The notes beneath the pieces are model-generated. The model did no database searches. It had not been told where the DNA came from and was given only the letters and a program-made list of their open reading frames with translations. A stretch of 63,148 nucleotides of DNA, filler included, from Octopus bimaculoides (taxonomy: Eukaryota), in assembly GCF_001194135.2 (NCBI RefSeq). It is 4 parts of 4 records of this genome, joined end to end, with 100 filler letters (N's around TTAATTAATTAA, not from the genome) between each part and the next. Parts side by side here need not be neighbours in the genome. Positions count along the whole stretch, not along the records: positions 21,770 to 47,617 come from NC_069006.1; positions 47,718 to 61,095 come from NC_068996.1; 2 more parts are not named here. The stretch is one strand, 5' to 3'. Positions within the stretch are counted from its first letter, which is position 1. Each line of letters opens with the position of its first letter. Positions 38,385 through 51,083 of the stretch are shown piece by piece. The position numbers and the translations under genes were made by a program.

Positions 38385-38699
38385 ATACGGAGAAGGAAAG
38401 TAAGGTAAAAAAGGATGATAAAGGAGGTTTACAAAAGTGGAAAAGTTCAAAAGTTTTTTAGACGTCGTGGTATACTGAAGCGATTTCCAATCAGAAGATG
38501 GGTCCAGTGTAATCCGTGGGTAGGAGAGGTGCAGCCGGAGGGTATAAAGTTCAGAATCAAACAGTCCAGATCCAGAAGGAAAGAAGGTAGAATCCAAAAG
38601 TTGGTAGTGTGTGATGAGAGGAGACAGGATTAGCTGGTGCGACCACGTGAGCGTGTATTATATGTGGGAGAATATACAAATACATACATACATACATGC

Positions 38700-38865
38700 G
38701 ATGGGCTTCTTTCAGTTTCTGTGTACCAAACCCACTTACAAGGCTTGGTCGGCCGAAGGCTATAACAGAAGTCACCTGTCCTTGGTGTCACGTAGTGTGA
38801 CTGAACCCCGGACCTCTGTCGTTGAGAAGCAAGCTTCTTGCCACGCAGCCAATTCTACGCCTATG
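38700..38865 (-). mobile_element. SINE family A
   Basis: gggcttctttcagtttctgtgtaccaaaccc...gagaagcaagcttc. Confidence 0.8.
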
Positions 38866-39376
38866 ATAAATATACTTGTTTTTGAACCCTGAGTCGGCTT
38901 CGTCGCAGCCGAACTATGATCAAATGTATTTCAGCCACAACAATATTGTCTTTTTTTTTTTTTTTTTTTNNNNNNNNNNTTTTTTTTTTTTCTAGATAAA
39001 TATTTTATTATTACTGCGGAAAATGAAGATGTGGCACTTTTATTGACAGAAATTTTTTTATTGCTGTTTGTGTATACATTTACACCGACTGGGTGGAGCT
39101 CCTATTTGTCTTCGCATGTCTTTGTTCGGTCGTATTTTCTTTTTATACAAAACGTATTAAAATTAGAGTGTATGCGTTCATGTGTTCATGCATATGTCTT
39201 ATAACTGTGCCGGCATATTCGTATATCTCTGAGTGTGTATGTGGGCTTGCTTGTGTTTATGTGTTCGTGTGTGTGTATTATATATATATATATATATATA
39301 CGGCAATAAGAAAATGGAGGGGATCAAGGTGATATTCAACAACTTTTAGACATTATATTATGTGTATTTATTTATG

Positions 39377-39417
<41 letters not shown>

Positions 39418-39520
39418 AATAACAATATACAAGCATGTATAACAGATTATGCTTTACATATATAAAAATACCAGTAATTATTAAAATATACAACGTAGAA
39501 TATATATATATATATATATA

Positions 39521-40413
39521 TGGTGCGATGGGTAAATTGTCACCATTCTATTTTTTTTAATTTCACGCATGCGCATTGTTTGTCTTTGATTATGTCGACT
39601 ACACATATAGTAGGGTTAGTTGGGCACCGTCTGTGAGAAATACACGACCATGACGCAATTCACTCTGCCAGAAATTTGGAAACGACATGCTGTACTGCCT
39701 GGCATTCGCGCCGGAAGCTCCAATAAGAACATTTCAGAATGTTTGGGTGTCAATCTAAGGACAGTGCAGAGGATTCGGAAAGAGTTGGATGAATCTAATG
39801 GTGATTAAGAAGGTATGGCAGATCAGAAAACTCACTCTGATTGTTCTAATAAGAAAAGAACTCCTAAATTTATTGGTAAAATCCTGGCCATGACTGACAA
39901 CGATCCCAAGTCAATCAGGTCCATGGAGTGTCTGAGTTTCTTATCAGGCAGGTAGTGCATGAAGATATTCGGTAGAAGATGAGAAAGGGCCAATGTTTAT
40001 CCCAAGCCATCAAGGACAAGAGAAAAGACCGCGCTACGAAGCTTTTGAACAAACTCAAGCGTCTCCTGCAACCGAACATACTTTGGCTTTTCTCAGACGA
40101 GAAAAATTTCTACCAGGGTCAGATGGTGAATTCACAGAACAACCGTTGCCTTGCCGTGTCCCCAAAATATGTCCCGACATAATGCCTCCATTCATCTTCC
40201 TACACGGCTTCAGACTCAACACGGCGGCCTACATCAAGTGCCTGGAGGAGGTAGTGCTGCCCTGGGTGAAGAGGGTGACTGCTGATAATGTCTGACAACA
40301 GGACTCTGGATGTCACACAATTTCTGCGGCCACATAACCCCTAACATCTGGCCACCCAACTCCCTAAACTGCAACCCCTTTGATTATGTGTGGGGCGCAG
40401 TTGAACGAGAGAC
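39521..40413 (+). mobile_element. Decayed Tc1/mariner (maT, DDxD-type) transposon
   Basis: TA-flanked 5' TIR ggtgcgatgggtaaattgtcacc; ATG 39650; HTH-like GVNLRTVQRIRKEL; catalytic motifs WLFSDEKNF, QQDS and WPPNSLNCNPFDYVWGAVERET split by stops and frameshifts; 3' end lost at poly-A and gap. Confidence 0.88.
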
Positions 40414-42518
40414 CACTTCTTAAAAAAAAAAAAAAAAGAGAAGAGAATATTCTTTAATGTAGTNNNNNNNNNNNNNNNNNNNNNNNNNNNNNNNNNNNNN
40501 NNNNNNNNNNNNNNNNNNNNNNNNNNNNNNNNNNNNNNNNNNNNNNNNNNNNNNNNNNNNNNNNNNNNNNNNNNNNNNNNNNNNNNNNNNNNNNNNNNNN
40601 NNNNNNNNNNNNNNNNNNNNNNNNNNNNNNNNNNNNNNNNNNNNNNNNNNNNNNNNNNNNNNNNNNNNNNNNNNNNNNNNNNNNNNNNNNNNNNNNNNNN
40701 NNNNNNNNNNNNNNNNNNNNNNNNNNNNNNNNNNNNNNNNNNNNNNNNNNNNNNNNNNNNNNNNNNNNNNNNNNNNNNNNNNNNNNNNNNNNNNNNNNNN
40801 NNNNNNNNNNNNNNNNNNNNNNNNNNNNNNNNNNNNNNNNNNNNNNNNNNNNNNNNNNNNNNNNNNNNNNNNNNNNNNNNNNNNNNNNNNNNNNNNNNNN
40901 NNNNNNNNNNNNNNNNNNNNNNNNNNNNNNNNNNNNNNNNNNNNNNNNNNNNNNNNNNNNNNNNNNNNNNNNNNNNNNNNNNNNNNNNNNNNNNNNNNNN
41001 NNNNNNNNNNNNNNNNNNNNNNNNNNNNNNNNNNNNNNNNNNNNNNNNNNNNNNNNNNNNNNNNNNNNNNNNNNNNNNNNNNNNNNNNNNNNNNNNNNNN
41101 NNNNNNNNNNNNNNNNNNNNNNNNNNNNNNNNNNNNNNNNNNNNNNNNNNNNNNNNNNNNNNNNNNNNNNNNNNNNNNNNNNNNNNNNNNNNNNNNNNNN
41201 NNNNNNNNNNNNNNNNNNNNNNNNNNNNNNNNNNNNNNNNNNNNNNNNNNNNNNNNNNNNNNNNNNNNNNNNNNNNNNNNNNNNNNNNNNNNNNNNNNNN
41301 NNNNNNNNNNNNNNNNNNNNNNNNNNNNNNNNNNNNNNNNNNNNNNNNNNNNNNNNNNNNTTGCAAAGACACCGGAATGTAACCATCATTGTGAAACGGG
41401 CGGAACGAATCAATAAACAAGAAACTGTGTGAAACCTGAATGGTTGGCAATAGAGATTTTCTGAGTTTTCGGCGGAATCGGAGCAGAAATATCTCTAACA
41501 ATGCGCTAAGGTAGCATACAGCCCTCAACAATTGAGCTGACTGACTGTCTTTGAAAAACGACCGTGCGAACTAAATATGAATTTTATCGTATCGAAAACA
41601 ATTAATTTGGTACGTATGCAGTGTATCTATGAGTGTGTATTTTTCTACACACACACACACACACAAATATATATATATAATACAAAGAATATATATACAT
41701 GTATACACACATATATGTACATACTTACATCTACATGTGTATATACATGCATATCAGGGTACGGGACGTTAGAACAATAAACTACAGACAACGGAACGAA
41801 CACATAGGAAAACGGAAAGCCACTTGGAATATCCCTTCATCAGCTGTCTCTATTCTATCTAGACGTTTCGAAGACAAGACAGAACGTACTCTAGAATAGT
41901 CTCTTCCTGAGTAGTGGATCAACCCACTACACAGAGGATTCCAAGGTGGCAAACACAAACCAAGACAGGAAAAAATGGACAGTGAAACNNNNNNNNNNNN
42001 NNNNNNNNNNNNNNNNNNNNNNNNNNNNNNNNNNNNNNNNNNNNNNNNNNNNNNNNNNNNNNNNNNNNNNNNNNNNNNNNNNNNNNNNNNNNNNNNNNNN
42101 NNNNNNNNNNNNNNNNNNNNNNNNNNNNNNNNNNNNNNNNNNNNNNNNNNNNNNNNNNNNNNNNNNNNNNNNNNNNNNNNNNNNNNNNNNNNNNNNNNNN
42201 NNNNNNNNNNNNNNNNNNNNNNNNNNNNNNNNNNNNNNNNNNNNNNNNNNNNNNNNNNNNNNNNNNNNNNNNNNNNNNNNNNNNNNNNNNNNNNNNNNNN
42301 NNNNNNNNNNNNNNNNNNNNNNNNNNNNNNNNNNNNNNNNNNNNNNNNNNNNNNNNNNNNNNNNNNNNNNNNNNNNNNNNNNNNNNNNNNNNNNNNNNNN
42401 NNNNNNNNNNNNNNNNNNNNNNNNNNNNNNNNNNNNNNNNNNNNNNNNNNNNNNNNNNNNNNNNNNNNNNNNNNNNNNNNNNNNNNNNNNNNNNNNNNNN
42501 NNNNNNNNNNNNNNNNNN

Positions 42519-42555
<37 letters not shown>

Positions 42556-42574
42556 TATGCATATATGTGCGTGT

Positions 42575-42785
42575 GAAGGTGCGTAGTTTAGTGGTTAGCG
42601 CATTCTACTCACGATTCAATTCCCGGCGACGCTTTATTTCACGTTGTTCCAGTCCACTCAGCTGGCAAAAATGAGTTGTACCTGTGTTTCAAAGGGCCAG
42701 CCTTGTTACACTCAGTGCCACGCTGAATCTACCTAAGGATTATGTTAGGGGTACACATGTCTGTGACTTGCTCAGCCATTTCACG
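42575..42785 (+). mobile_element. SINE family B, 3'-truncated
   Basis: ctttatttcacgttgttccagtccactcagctggcaaaaatgagttgtacc. Confidence 0.78.
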
Positions 42786-44120
42786 ATGTAACATACTGTA
42801 ACATATATTTGCCAATTAAGTGTGGCATCTTATACTGGACAGAGTTACTGATGTTTATAGCGCCAGGAATACATCACCTCTGGCTGGCTAGCGACACACA
42901 TTCTGTGTCCGATTGGTATTTGCGAGAGGAGGTCATCGGCTCCATCTCAAGCCTTACGTGATACACATGGACTCGAGTTTCTGTGTGGTTACCCGCCCTA
43001 AGCGTGTGTTAATCACCAGCTTGTGATGGAAGCTCGTTCCACTCACTACCTTTTCCACCCTCACCAACACTACCCATTCTACCTCACTACCGCCGCCGCC
43101 GCCACCACCACCACCACCACCTCGTGTTTCCGTATATGTACATAGGTATATGCGTATACACTATACCCTTGGGATTCCCAAGCAAACGTATTGTGATAGT
43201 CCATTGGCCGGTTGGTTTTTAACATAAAGACAATCCCAAATAACATTACATCTGTTTAACGAAACCAAATGCATTAAGCCGTATGCTGTACAGTGTTATG
43301 TATAATTAACTCCGATCAGTTTTCTTCAAACTAGCAATATAACCGGAACGTAAGAGTGTACAGATAAACTGGGCGGAGGAAGTTGAGGAGATACTTTACT
43401 ACGGGGAACCCAAGGTATAGATGCGTGGTTAAGAACTATATCTTGAAGCTAGTGGTTTTGAGATAGATTTCACGGTCTGAAACATTTAGTGGGTAGGTGG
43501 GTGGGTTTCATCACAGTCCTGCTTAGAGTGATATTTGCTTGACAGAAATTGTGCAGAAACTCGTCTGTGCATATATATATATATATATATANNNNNNNNN
43601 NNNNNNNNNNNNNNNNNNNNNNNNNNNNNNNNNNNNNNNNNNNNNNNNNNNNNNNNNNNNNNNNNNNNNNNNNNNNNNNNNNNNNNNNNNNNNNNNNNNN
43701 NNNNNNNNNNNNNNNNNNNNNNNNNNNNNNNNNNNNNNNNNNNNNNNNNNNNNNNNNNNNNNNNNNNNNNNNNNNNNNNNNNNNNNNNNNNNNNNNNNNN
43801 NNNNNNNNNNNNNNNNNNNNNNNNNNNNNNNNNNNNNNNNNNNNNNNNNNNNNNNNNNNNNNNNNNNNNNNNNNNNNNNNNNNNNNNNNNNNNNNNNNNN
43901 NNNNNNNNNNNNNNNNNNNNNNNNNNNNNNNNNNNNNNNNNNNNNNNNNNNNNNNNNNNNNNNNNNNNNNNNNNNNNNNNNNNNNNNNNNNNNNNNNNNN
44001 NNNNNNNNNNNNNNNNNNNNNNNNNNNNNNNNNNNNNNNNNNNNNNNNNNNNNNNNNNNNNNNAAAATAACTGTGGTGTAACTCCTGTTTATGAGGTATG
44101 CGTTTTACTCCATTCATTAA

Positions 44121-44151
<31 letters not shown>

Positions 44152-44300
44152 CGACGGGCTTCTTTCAGTGTCCGTCAACCAAATCCACTCACAAGGATTT
44201 GGTCGGCCCGAGGCTATAGGAGAAGACACTTGCCCAAAGTGTCACGCAGCGGGAATGAACCCGGAACCATGTGGTTGGTAAGCAAGCTACTTACCACACA
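44152..44300 (-). mobile_element. SINE family A
   Basis: gacgggcttctttcagtgtccgtcaaccaaatccactc...ggttggtaagcaagctacttaccacacagc. Confidence 0.88.
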
Positions 44301-44319
44301 GCTACTACTGTAACAACGG

Positions 44320-44355
<36 letters not shown>

Positions 44356-44962
44356 ACGTTATTGTAATCTCTACAGAAATCACTGTTTTTAAGTTTAAAA
44401 TAAAACAAATAAGTGACTTGACTTAAGAGGTACTGTTAAACGTGACTAACGGAACAATGAAGACAGCGGGAAATGAAAGAGCTACGGAAATAGTATTATA
44501 TTAAAACAACGAATTGATAAAACGAGTTAGAATGGTCCAGCTTTTTACATCTGCAACTATTTGATTTGGGAAATCTTTTGGTAAATATTTGAAATGAGAA
44601 ACACAGATGTTGAGCTCTATCTTGGACTGAATTCCATTTTCACCGAAATTCATAGCAGAGAAAATATAAATAACGAAGAAGAAAAAGAAGACAAGAATAC
44701 AAATATAAAAATAAACAACGAATGTGTGTGTGTGTGTGTGTATATAAACATGTATATGTGCATATACACACACACACACCTATATATATGTATATATATA
44801 TGTGTGTGTGTATATATATATATACAGAGAGAGAGAGACGTAGATACACATTTGTAGATATGTATATATACACAGATATATTATGTACGGATGTGTATTA
44901 TACACACACACACATATATATATATACTCATACATACATACAAACATATATGTATATGTGCG

Positions 44963-45020
<58 letters not shown>

Positions 45021-45574
45021 CGTGCATCTGTGTGTGTATATATATATATATATAAACACACACATGCACACATACATACATCGAAATGTATGTATGTGTA
45101 ACAATGTGTGTGTGTATGTATATAAATATATATGTATGCGTGTATGTATACATGTATGTATGTATGTATGTATGTATGTATGTATATAAGAAGACTCAGA
45201 GTAAAGAACAAGGCAAAAAGAAGAATAAATAAAAGAAAAATGCCATAAAAGCAACAACAACAAAAAAACAATAAAAACCAAATCACAGAACAAGCAATGT
45301 ACAAACAGTAATATTAAACCGTTAATGGGTTTAGCGAATGGTTTGCAAGAATCGTTAATGTAAACAGGAAATTATTTTCGAAGACAGAATGGTTCTTCTA
45401 AGATGGCAGGAATAACGATTTAGTTGGCTTTACTGTTAAAATTTTTTCTGTCAATACGATTTCAGAGTGAGATAGAAAAGAAGAGCGAGCGAGCGAGCGA
45501 GCGAGCGAGCGAGAGAGAGAGAGAAAGTAAAAAAGAAAAAAAAGGAAAGATAGAAAAAGATAGATGGAGAGAGC

Positions 45575-45622
<48 letters not shown>

Positions 45623-46763
45623 GAAACTTAACTCTCGTATATAAACACATTGGAACGTATATACGAACATACATACCGAAATACAAAATACAAAAGCTTA
45701 GACGTATGTTAAGTAAACATCTTGTATTATTATTATTATTATTGTTATTTCTATTATGCTATTAATACTAATACTATTATATTTGTCGTTGTTATTATTA
45801 TTATTAGTATTATTGTCGTTGTTGCCTCTCCACAATGTGTGTGTGCGTGTGTGTGCGTGTGTGCGTGTGCGTGTGTGTGTGTCTTGGTTTTTGCTTTGCT
45901 TTCTGGGCGAAGAGTAATAGATTGTGACAATGGCGGCTTTTCTTTCCCCACTACTCTTTCTTCTTTATTTTTCTTTCTTTGTTTTTCTTTTTTTTTTTTC
46001 GTCAGTTTGTATTTGTGTAAGCGGAAATAGTAGCATATAAAATGGCGGATATGGTTTACTTTGTTCTCGGTTTGTTTAGTAGAATTTATGAAGGCAATGA
46101 ATAAAGAAATAGATTTATACAACTGTCTACTTTCAAATGAAAACCAGTGTGCGCATTACAGTCGTTATCCGGGGTTGTTATATTTGTCTATTTGTGTGTA
46201 TTTGTTTGTTTTTGTGATTCTGTGAATTTGTGAATTTCTCTATTTGCATGGTGGTATTTCATTGTTATTGTCGTTGTTGTTGTTGTTGCTGTTGTAGTGT
46301 TGGTGGTGGTGGGTTATGGTAGTAATGATGGCGGGTGTCGGTGTTAACGGTGGTCATGATCGTGATGGTTACAGTAGTAGTAGAAGAGGTGCTGATGATG
46401 ATTGTGGTGATGGTGGTGGTGATGATGATAGTGGTAGTTGCGGTGAAGTTGATGGTGGTGCTTGAAGTAAATGTGGTGGTATTGATTGTAATGATGATGA
46501 TGGGGAGGGGTCCTGGTGGTAATAGTGATGAGGATAGTAGTAGTAGTAGTAGTAGTAATAATGCTTTTGATGATCATGATGATTATGGTAGAGAAAATGG
46601 CGGTTAAAGGAGGATATCGACGGTGACTATGAAAATGACGACAATAAAAATGGCGTTGCTAGTGACGATGATGATGATGATGGACAGGAGGATGGTGGTG
46701 GCAGTAGTAATGTTGAAGATTACAGTGAAGGATACACCCTTACACAGGCACTATTTAGATACT

Positions 46764-46813
<50 letters not shown>

Positions 46814-47056
46814 CACAAAATCAAAAATTCAACCCTGTATAAATACGTCATATCTCTCAATCTATCAACTTTATCTATCGACCCACAAACCCATCCATGT
46901 ATCTATCTATCTATCTATCTAATCAATCTATCTACCTAGCAATGTGTCTGCCAGTCTATCTATGTCTGTCTATCTATATATAGCTAACTACCTAGCTATG
47001 TGTTTGTCTGTCTGTCGGTCTGCCAATCTATCTATCTATCTATATCTTTCTGTGTC

Positions 47057-47320
47057 AGTTTATCAATCTATCTATCTGTCAGTTTATCAATCTATCTGTC
47101 AGTTTATCAATCTATCTATCAGTTTATCAATCTATCTATCAGTTTATCAATCTATCTATCAGTTTATCAATCTATCTATCAGTTTATCAATCTATCTATC
47201 AGTTTATCAATCTATCTATCAGTTTATCAATCTATCTATCAGTTTATCAATCTATCTATCAGTTTATCAATCTATCTATCAGTTTATCAATCTATCTATC
47301 AGTTTATCAATCTATCTATC
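47057..47320. repeat. 20-bp minisatellite (AGTTTATCAATCTATCTATC) about 13 copies
   Basis: 11 identical units at 47101-47320 plus two variants, within (TATC)n. Confidence 0.97.
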
Positions 47321-47573
47321 TATCTATCTATGAATATGCTTATGTATGTATCTGATCTTTCCCTCTTTATATTGGTGTGTGTACACATTTCCATATGCAC
47401 TTACACACACACATAGAGCATATACACGCACACATATGCACGGGCGTACACGTGTACGTTACTAAATGCATGTTTCGTTATACACACATATGTACATACA
47501 CAAGTCTAGATGTATGCGTATATACATACGCCAACCTTTACGTATTCAAATATACACACACATACATACATGC

Positions 47574-47617
<44 letters not shown>

Positions 47618-48318
47618 NNNNNNNNNNNNNNNNNNNNNNNNNNNNNNNNNNNNNNNNNNNNTTAATTAATTAANNNNNNNNNNNNNNNNNNNNNNNNNNN
47701 NNNNNNNNNNNNNNNNNATATATGTATATATATATGTAAGCATGTAAAGATGTATATATACATGTATATACTTATACTGATATATCTATATATACACAAA
47801 CATATCTGTGTGTATCTGTGCGTGTTTGTACATGGTCTCTGATACTGATGTTGATGGTGATGGTCGGGGTAACAAAAGGTATTTCAATTATGATCATAGT
47901 GACAGCCAACCTCCTGTAGATAAATGGTAATGTAAGTTTACTGTGGACTGTACACCTACAGTAATACCTCGGCTATCGCTAGTGCTACGTTCCAAAACAC
48001 CAGCGATAGGTGAAAATCCGCGAAGTAGAAACAATAGTGTACTGTATATTTTTTTGATAATTTGTATGTATTTATTTTATTATTTTTATATATTTAAGCT
48101 TTTATGAACTCTCCCCACACTCTTAGGAGTACCTGTGTCTTCTTTTTTTTTTTTGCCTCCCAACTTTCGTTTTCTATACAATATGTTCGATTTTTATTTA
48201 CTCATCTACGGTACACTATGTATTTTAATAGAGTTCTATATTTAAGAGATGAGGAATTATCAACATTATTTACATTATTTACATTTGACGAATGTTTGTC
48301 CTCATCTTGATTGTTGTT

Positions 48319-48364
48319 AACACAACATTTTGGCTGATATACCCTCTAGCCTTCATCAGGTGTC
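48319..48364 (-). ncRNA. Degenerate minimal type I hammerhead ribozyme motif (family 1, copy A)
   Basis: GACAC-CUGAUGA-A-GGCUA(GAGGGUAUAU)CAGCC-AAAAU-GUU-GUGUU; GAAAC changed to AAAAU by two CpG-type transitions, so probably inactive. Confidence 0.6.
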
Positions 48365-48452
48365 TTGGGGTAATTTCGAAACTGGGCTCTCATTCCTAAG
48401 GTATTTTTCAATGTTGTAGTTGTTGTTGTTATTATTACTATTATTATTATTA

Positions 48453-48548
<96 letters not shown>

Positions 48549-49222
48549 NNNNNNNNNNNNNNNNNNNNNNNNNNNNNNNNNNNNNNNNNNNNNNNNNNNN
48601 NNNNNNNNNNNNNNNNNNNNNNNNNNNNNNNNNNNNNNNNNNNNNNNNNNNNNNNNNNNNNNNNNNNNNNNNNNNNNNNNNNNNNNNNNNNNNNNNNNNN
48701 NNNNNNNNNNNNNNNNNNNNNNNNNNNNNNNNNNNNNNNNNNNNNNNNNNNNNNNNNNNNNNNNNNNNNNNNNNNNNNNNNNNNNNNNNNNNNNNNNNNN
48801 NNNNNNNNNNNNNNNNNNNNNNNNNNNNNNNNNNNNNNNNNNNNNNNNNNNNNNNNNNNNNNNNNNNNNNNNNNNNNNNNNNNNNNNNNNNNNNNNNNNN
48901 NNNNNNNNNNNNNNNNNNNNNNNNNNNNNNNNNNNNNNNNNNNNNNNNNNNNNNNNNNNNNNNNNNNNNNNNNNNNNNNNNNNNNNNNNNNNNNNNNNNN
49001 NNNNNNNNNNNNNNNNNNNNNNNNNNNNNNNNNNNNNNNNNNNNNNNNNNNNNNNNNNNNNNNNNNNNNNNNNNNNNNNNNNNNNNNNNNNNNNNNNNNN
49101 NNNNNNNNNNNNNNNNNNNNNNNNNNNNNNNNNNNNNNNNNNNNNNNNNNNNNNNNNNNNNNNNNNNNNNNNNNNNNNNNNNNNNNNNNNNNNNNNNNNN
49201 NNNNNNNNNNNNNNNNNNNNNN

Positions 49223-49279
<57 letters not shown>

Positions 49280-49480
49280 TCGTTTTATTGGCCACAAGGG
49301 CTAAAATGAAATAAAAATATGTAAGGACAAAGACAGGACGAAGGTTACAAAAGATTTTGTCCGAATAGGTAGGAAAGTTCGTCTAAACAGAGGAAGAAAA
49401 CGGAGAAATAACAACAACAACAACAATAATAATAACATTGAAAATACCTTAGGAATTACCCGGGTTCGAAATTTCCCCAA

Positions 49481-49526
49481 GACACTTGATGAAGGCTGGA
49501 GGGTATATCAGCCGAAACGTTGTATT
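49481..49526 (+). ncRNA. Minimal type I hammerhead ribozyme motif (family 1, copy B; C3U)
   Basis: GACAC-UUGAUGA-A-GGCUG(GAGGGUAUAU)CAGCC-GAAAC-GUU-GUAUU; stem II perfect, palindromic ACGU helix III, one stem I mismatch. Confidence 0.65.
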
Positions 49527-49913
49527 AACAAGATGAAGACAAATATCCGTCAAATATAAATAATGCACTATGTATTTTCTTTTAATATATTTTAGTTAAA
49601 GTGTTATACAGTGCAGTGCTGTACTCTATTTTTATTTAACTATTTATTAATTTTTTGGCGTGAAAATGCTTATTTTATCACAGAAATGCTTAAAATCGAA
49701 GAAAATATAAATACTCATTGGCAGCAGAAACCCGCGATATACTGAGGAGTCCGCGACATAGATTTACATATATTAACCAGAAAAACCGGCGATGTACTGA
49801 GTACGCAATATGGCGAGTGATTACTGTATTTACAGCGATGCTTTCAGTTGAAATAGTCAGCTAAATATAGTATTAGATTTGTAATTTATGGGATCAGCGT
49901 CAACTGGCTTTAC

Positions 49914-49973
<60 letters not shown>

Positions 49974-50080
49974 TTTTTTCTTTAATGCCGTCGTCACAAT
50001 TAGCATTGGTATGAAAAGTTCTTATCTAAATATATGAGGATGTATGTATATAAATATGGCGTATGTATATATGTTATATG

Positions 50081-50132
<52 letters not shown>

Positions 50133-50417
50133 TTGGCTCATAAGTTAATGTGTATATGTGTATATGTACGTGTATAAGTGTGAATGTGTAAGTATAAGTT
50201 TATGTATATATGTGTCTGTGTGTGCATATAGAAATTATATTTTTGCCTGTGTAAATGCGAATATGTGTATATACACATATATGTATAGGTATGCATGTGT
50301 GTATATGTATATACACGTGATTATGAATTTATGTGAGTCTATATGTATATACAGTTATGTATGTGTGCATATATGCGTATGTGTGCGTGAGTGTTTATGA
50401 ATATGTCTAATTGTGTA

Positions 50418-50643
50418 CAGTAATCCATCGACTATCGCGGCTTTTACGTTCCAAAACCTCCTACAGAAATAATTAAAAGAAATAATTAAAAGAAATAAAT
50501 AAAAAATATATAGATACCTATCGGCCGCAGAAACCCGCGATATACTGAGGAGTCCGCGATATAAATTTACATATATTAGCAAGAAAAATCCGCGATGTAC
50601 TGAGTGCACGATAGGTAAACCGCGATATAGCGAGGGGTTACTA
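50418..50643. mobile_element. Shorter copy of the same pogo/Tigger-like MITE
   Basis: TA|cagtaatccatcgactatcgcgg ... ccgcgatatagcgaggggttacta|TA; gcagaaacccgcgatatactgaggagtccgcga is shared with 49720-49760. Confidence 0.75.
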
Positions 50644-50861
50644 TATGTGTGTACAATTTTTACTTCATTATCTTCCCCACCACCGTCTCTTTCTTTCTAC
50701 CTTATTAGATAAGTTTTTCTCCCCTCTGAGTACTTTTTAAAATTTGTTATTTGATTCTCTGCCCGAAGAATTTCTCGTAGGTGTTATCTTAACAACTGTA
50801 TAGTAAGTTGGATAAACCCACACTTAAACTGTAAGATTAGGAATGTCGCCTAGAGTATTCG

Positions 50862-51083
50862 GTGTACTTAGGGACAGTGCAGAAACAGGACAACATATAT
50901 TGCGGAGACAGCACGTTGTATAGAGGATCAGGTTGTGAACACTGGCGGGAGCTCAAGGAGGAGAACTGCTCGACAGTGCTCTACCAATTAGAACATAAAG
51001 GCTTCGTTAATAACATAAATGTTAAGCTATTATCAACACATAGAAGAAATACGACACTTAGATTGCAGTGGACACACACATAG
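50862..51083 (+). mobile_element. Possible Penelope-like GIY-YIG relic
   Basis: NIYCGDS...EHWRELK...STVLYQ...INVKLLSTH...TLRLQ resembles YIGE...EH...VKIL...N...RL. Confidence 0.45.

Larger units (their letters stand above)
48227..49565. mobile_element. Penelope-like insertion with inverted HHR-bearing arms and 13-bp TSD
   Basis: TSD cactatgtatttt at 48214-48226 and 49566-49578; left arm (about 48228-48420) is the reverse complement of right arm (about 49430-49565); (TTA)n, gap and (AAT)n inside. PLE assignment is inferred from the HHR and inverted-pLTR architecture. Confidence 0.7.
47959..49826. mobile_element. pogo/Tigger-like MITE split by a Penelope-like insertion
   Basis: TA|cagtaatacctcggctatcgc ... 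gcaatatggcgagtgattactg|TA; shares internal sequence with the 50418-50643 copy. Confidence 0.75.

Noticed and set aside
41800-41915. GAAACGUC and CUGAUGAAG on the minus strand (related CUGAUGAAG at 61569 +)
   Set aside because: HHR halves are present, but I could not build consistent stems I and II in type I, II or III topology. Probably a decayed PLE terminus, not scored as a ribozyme.
22781-47320. Short tandem arrays as possible CRISPR arrays
   Set aside because: No unique spacers, eukaryotic context and no cas genes.
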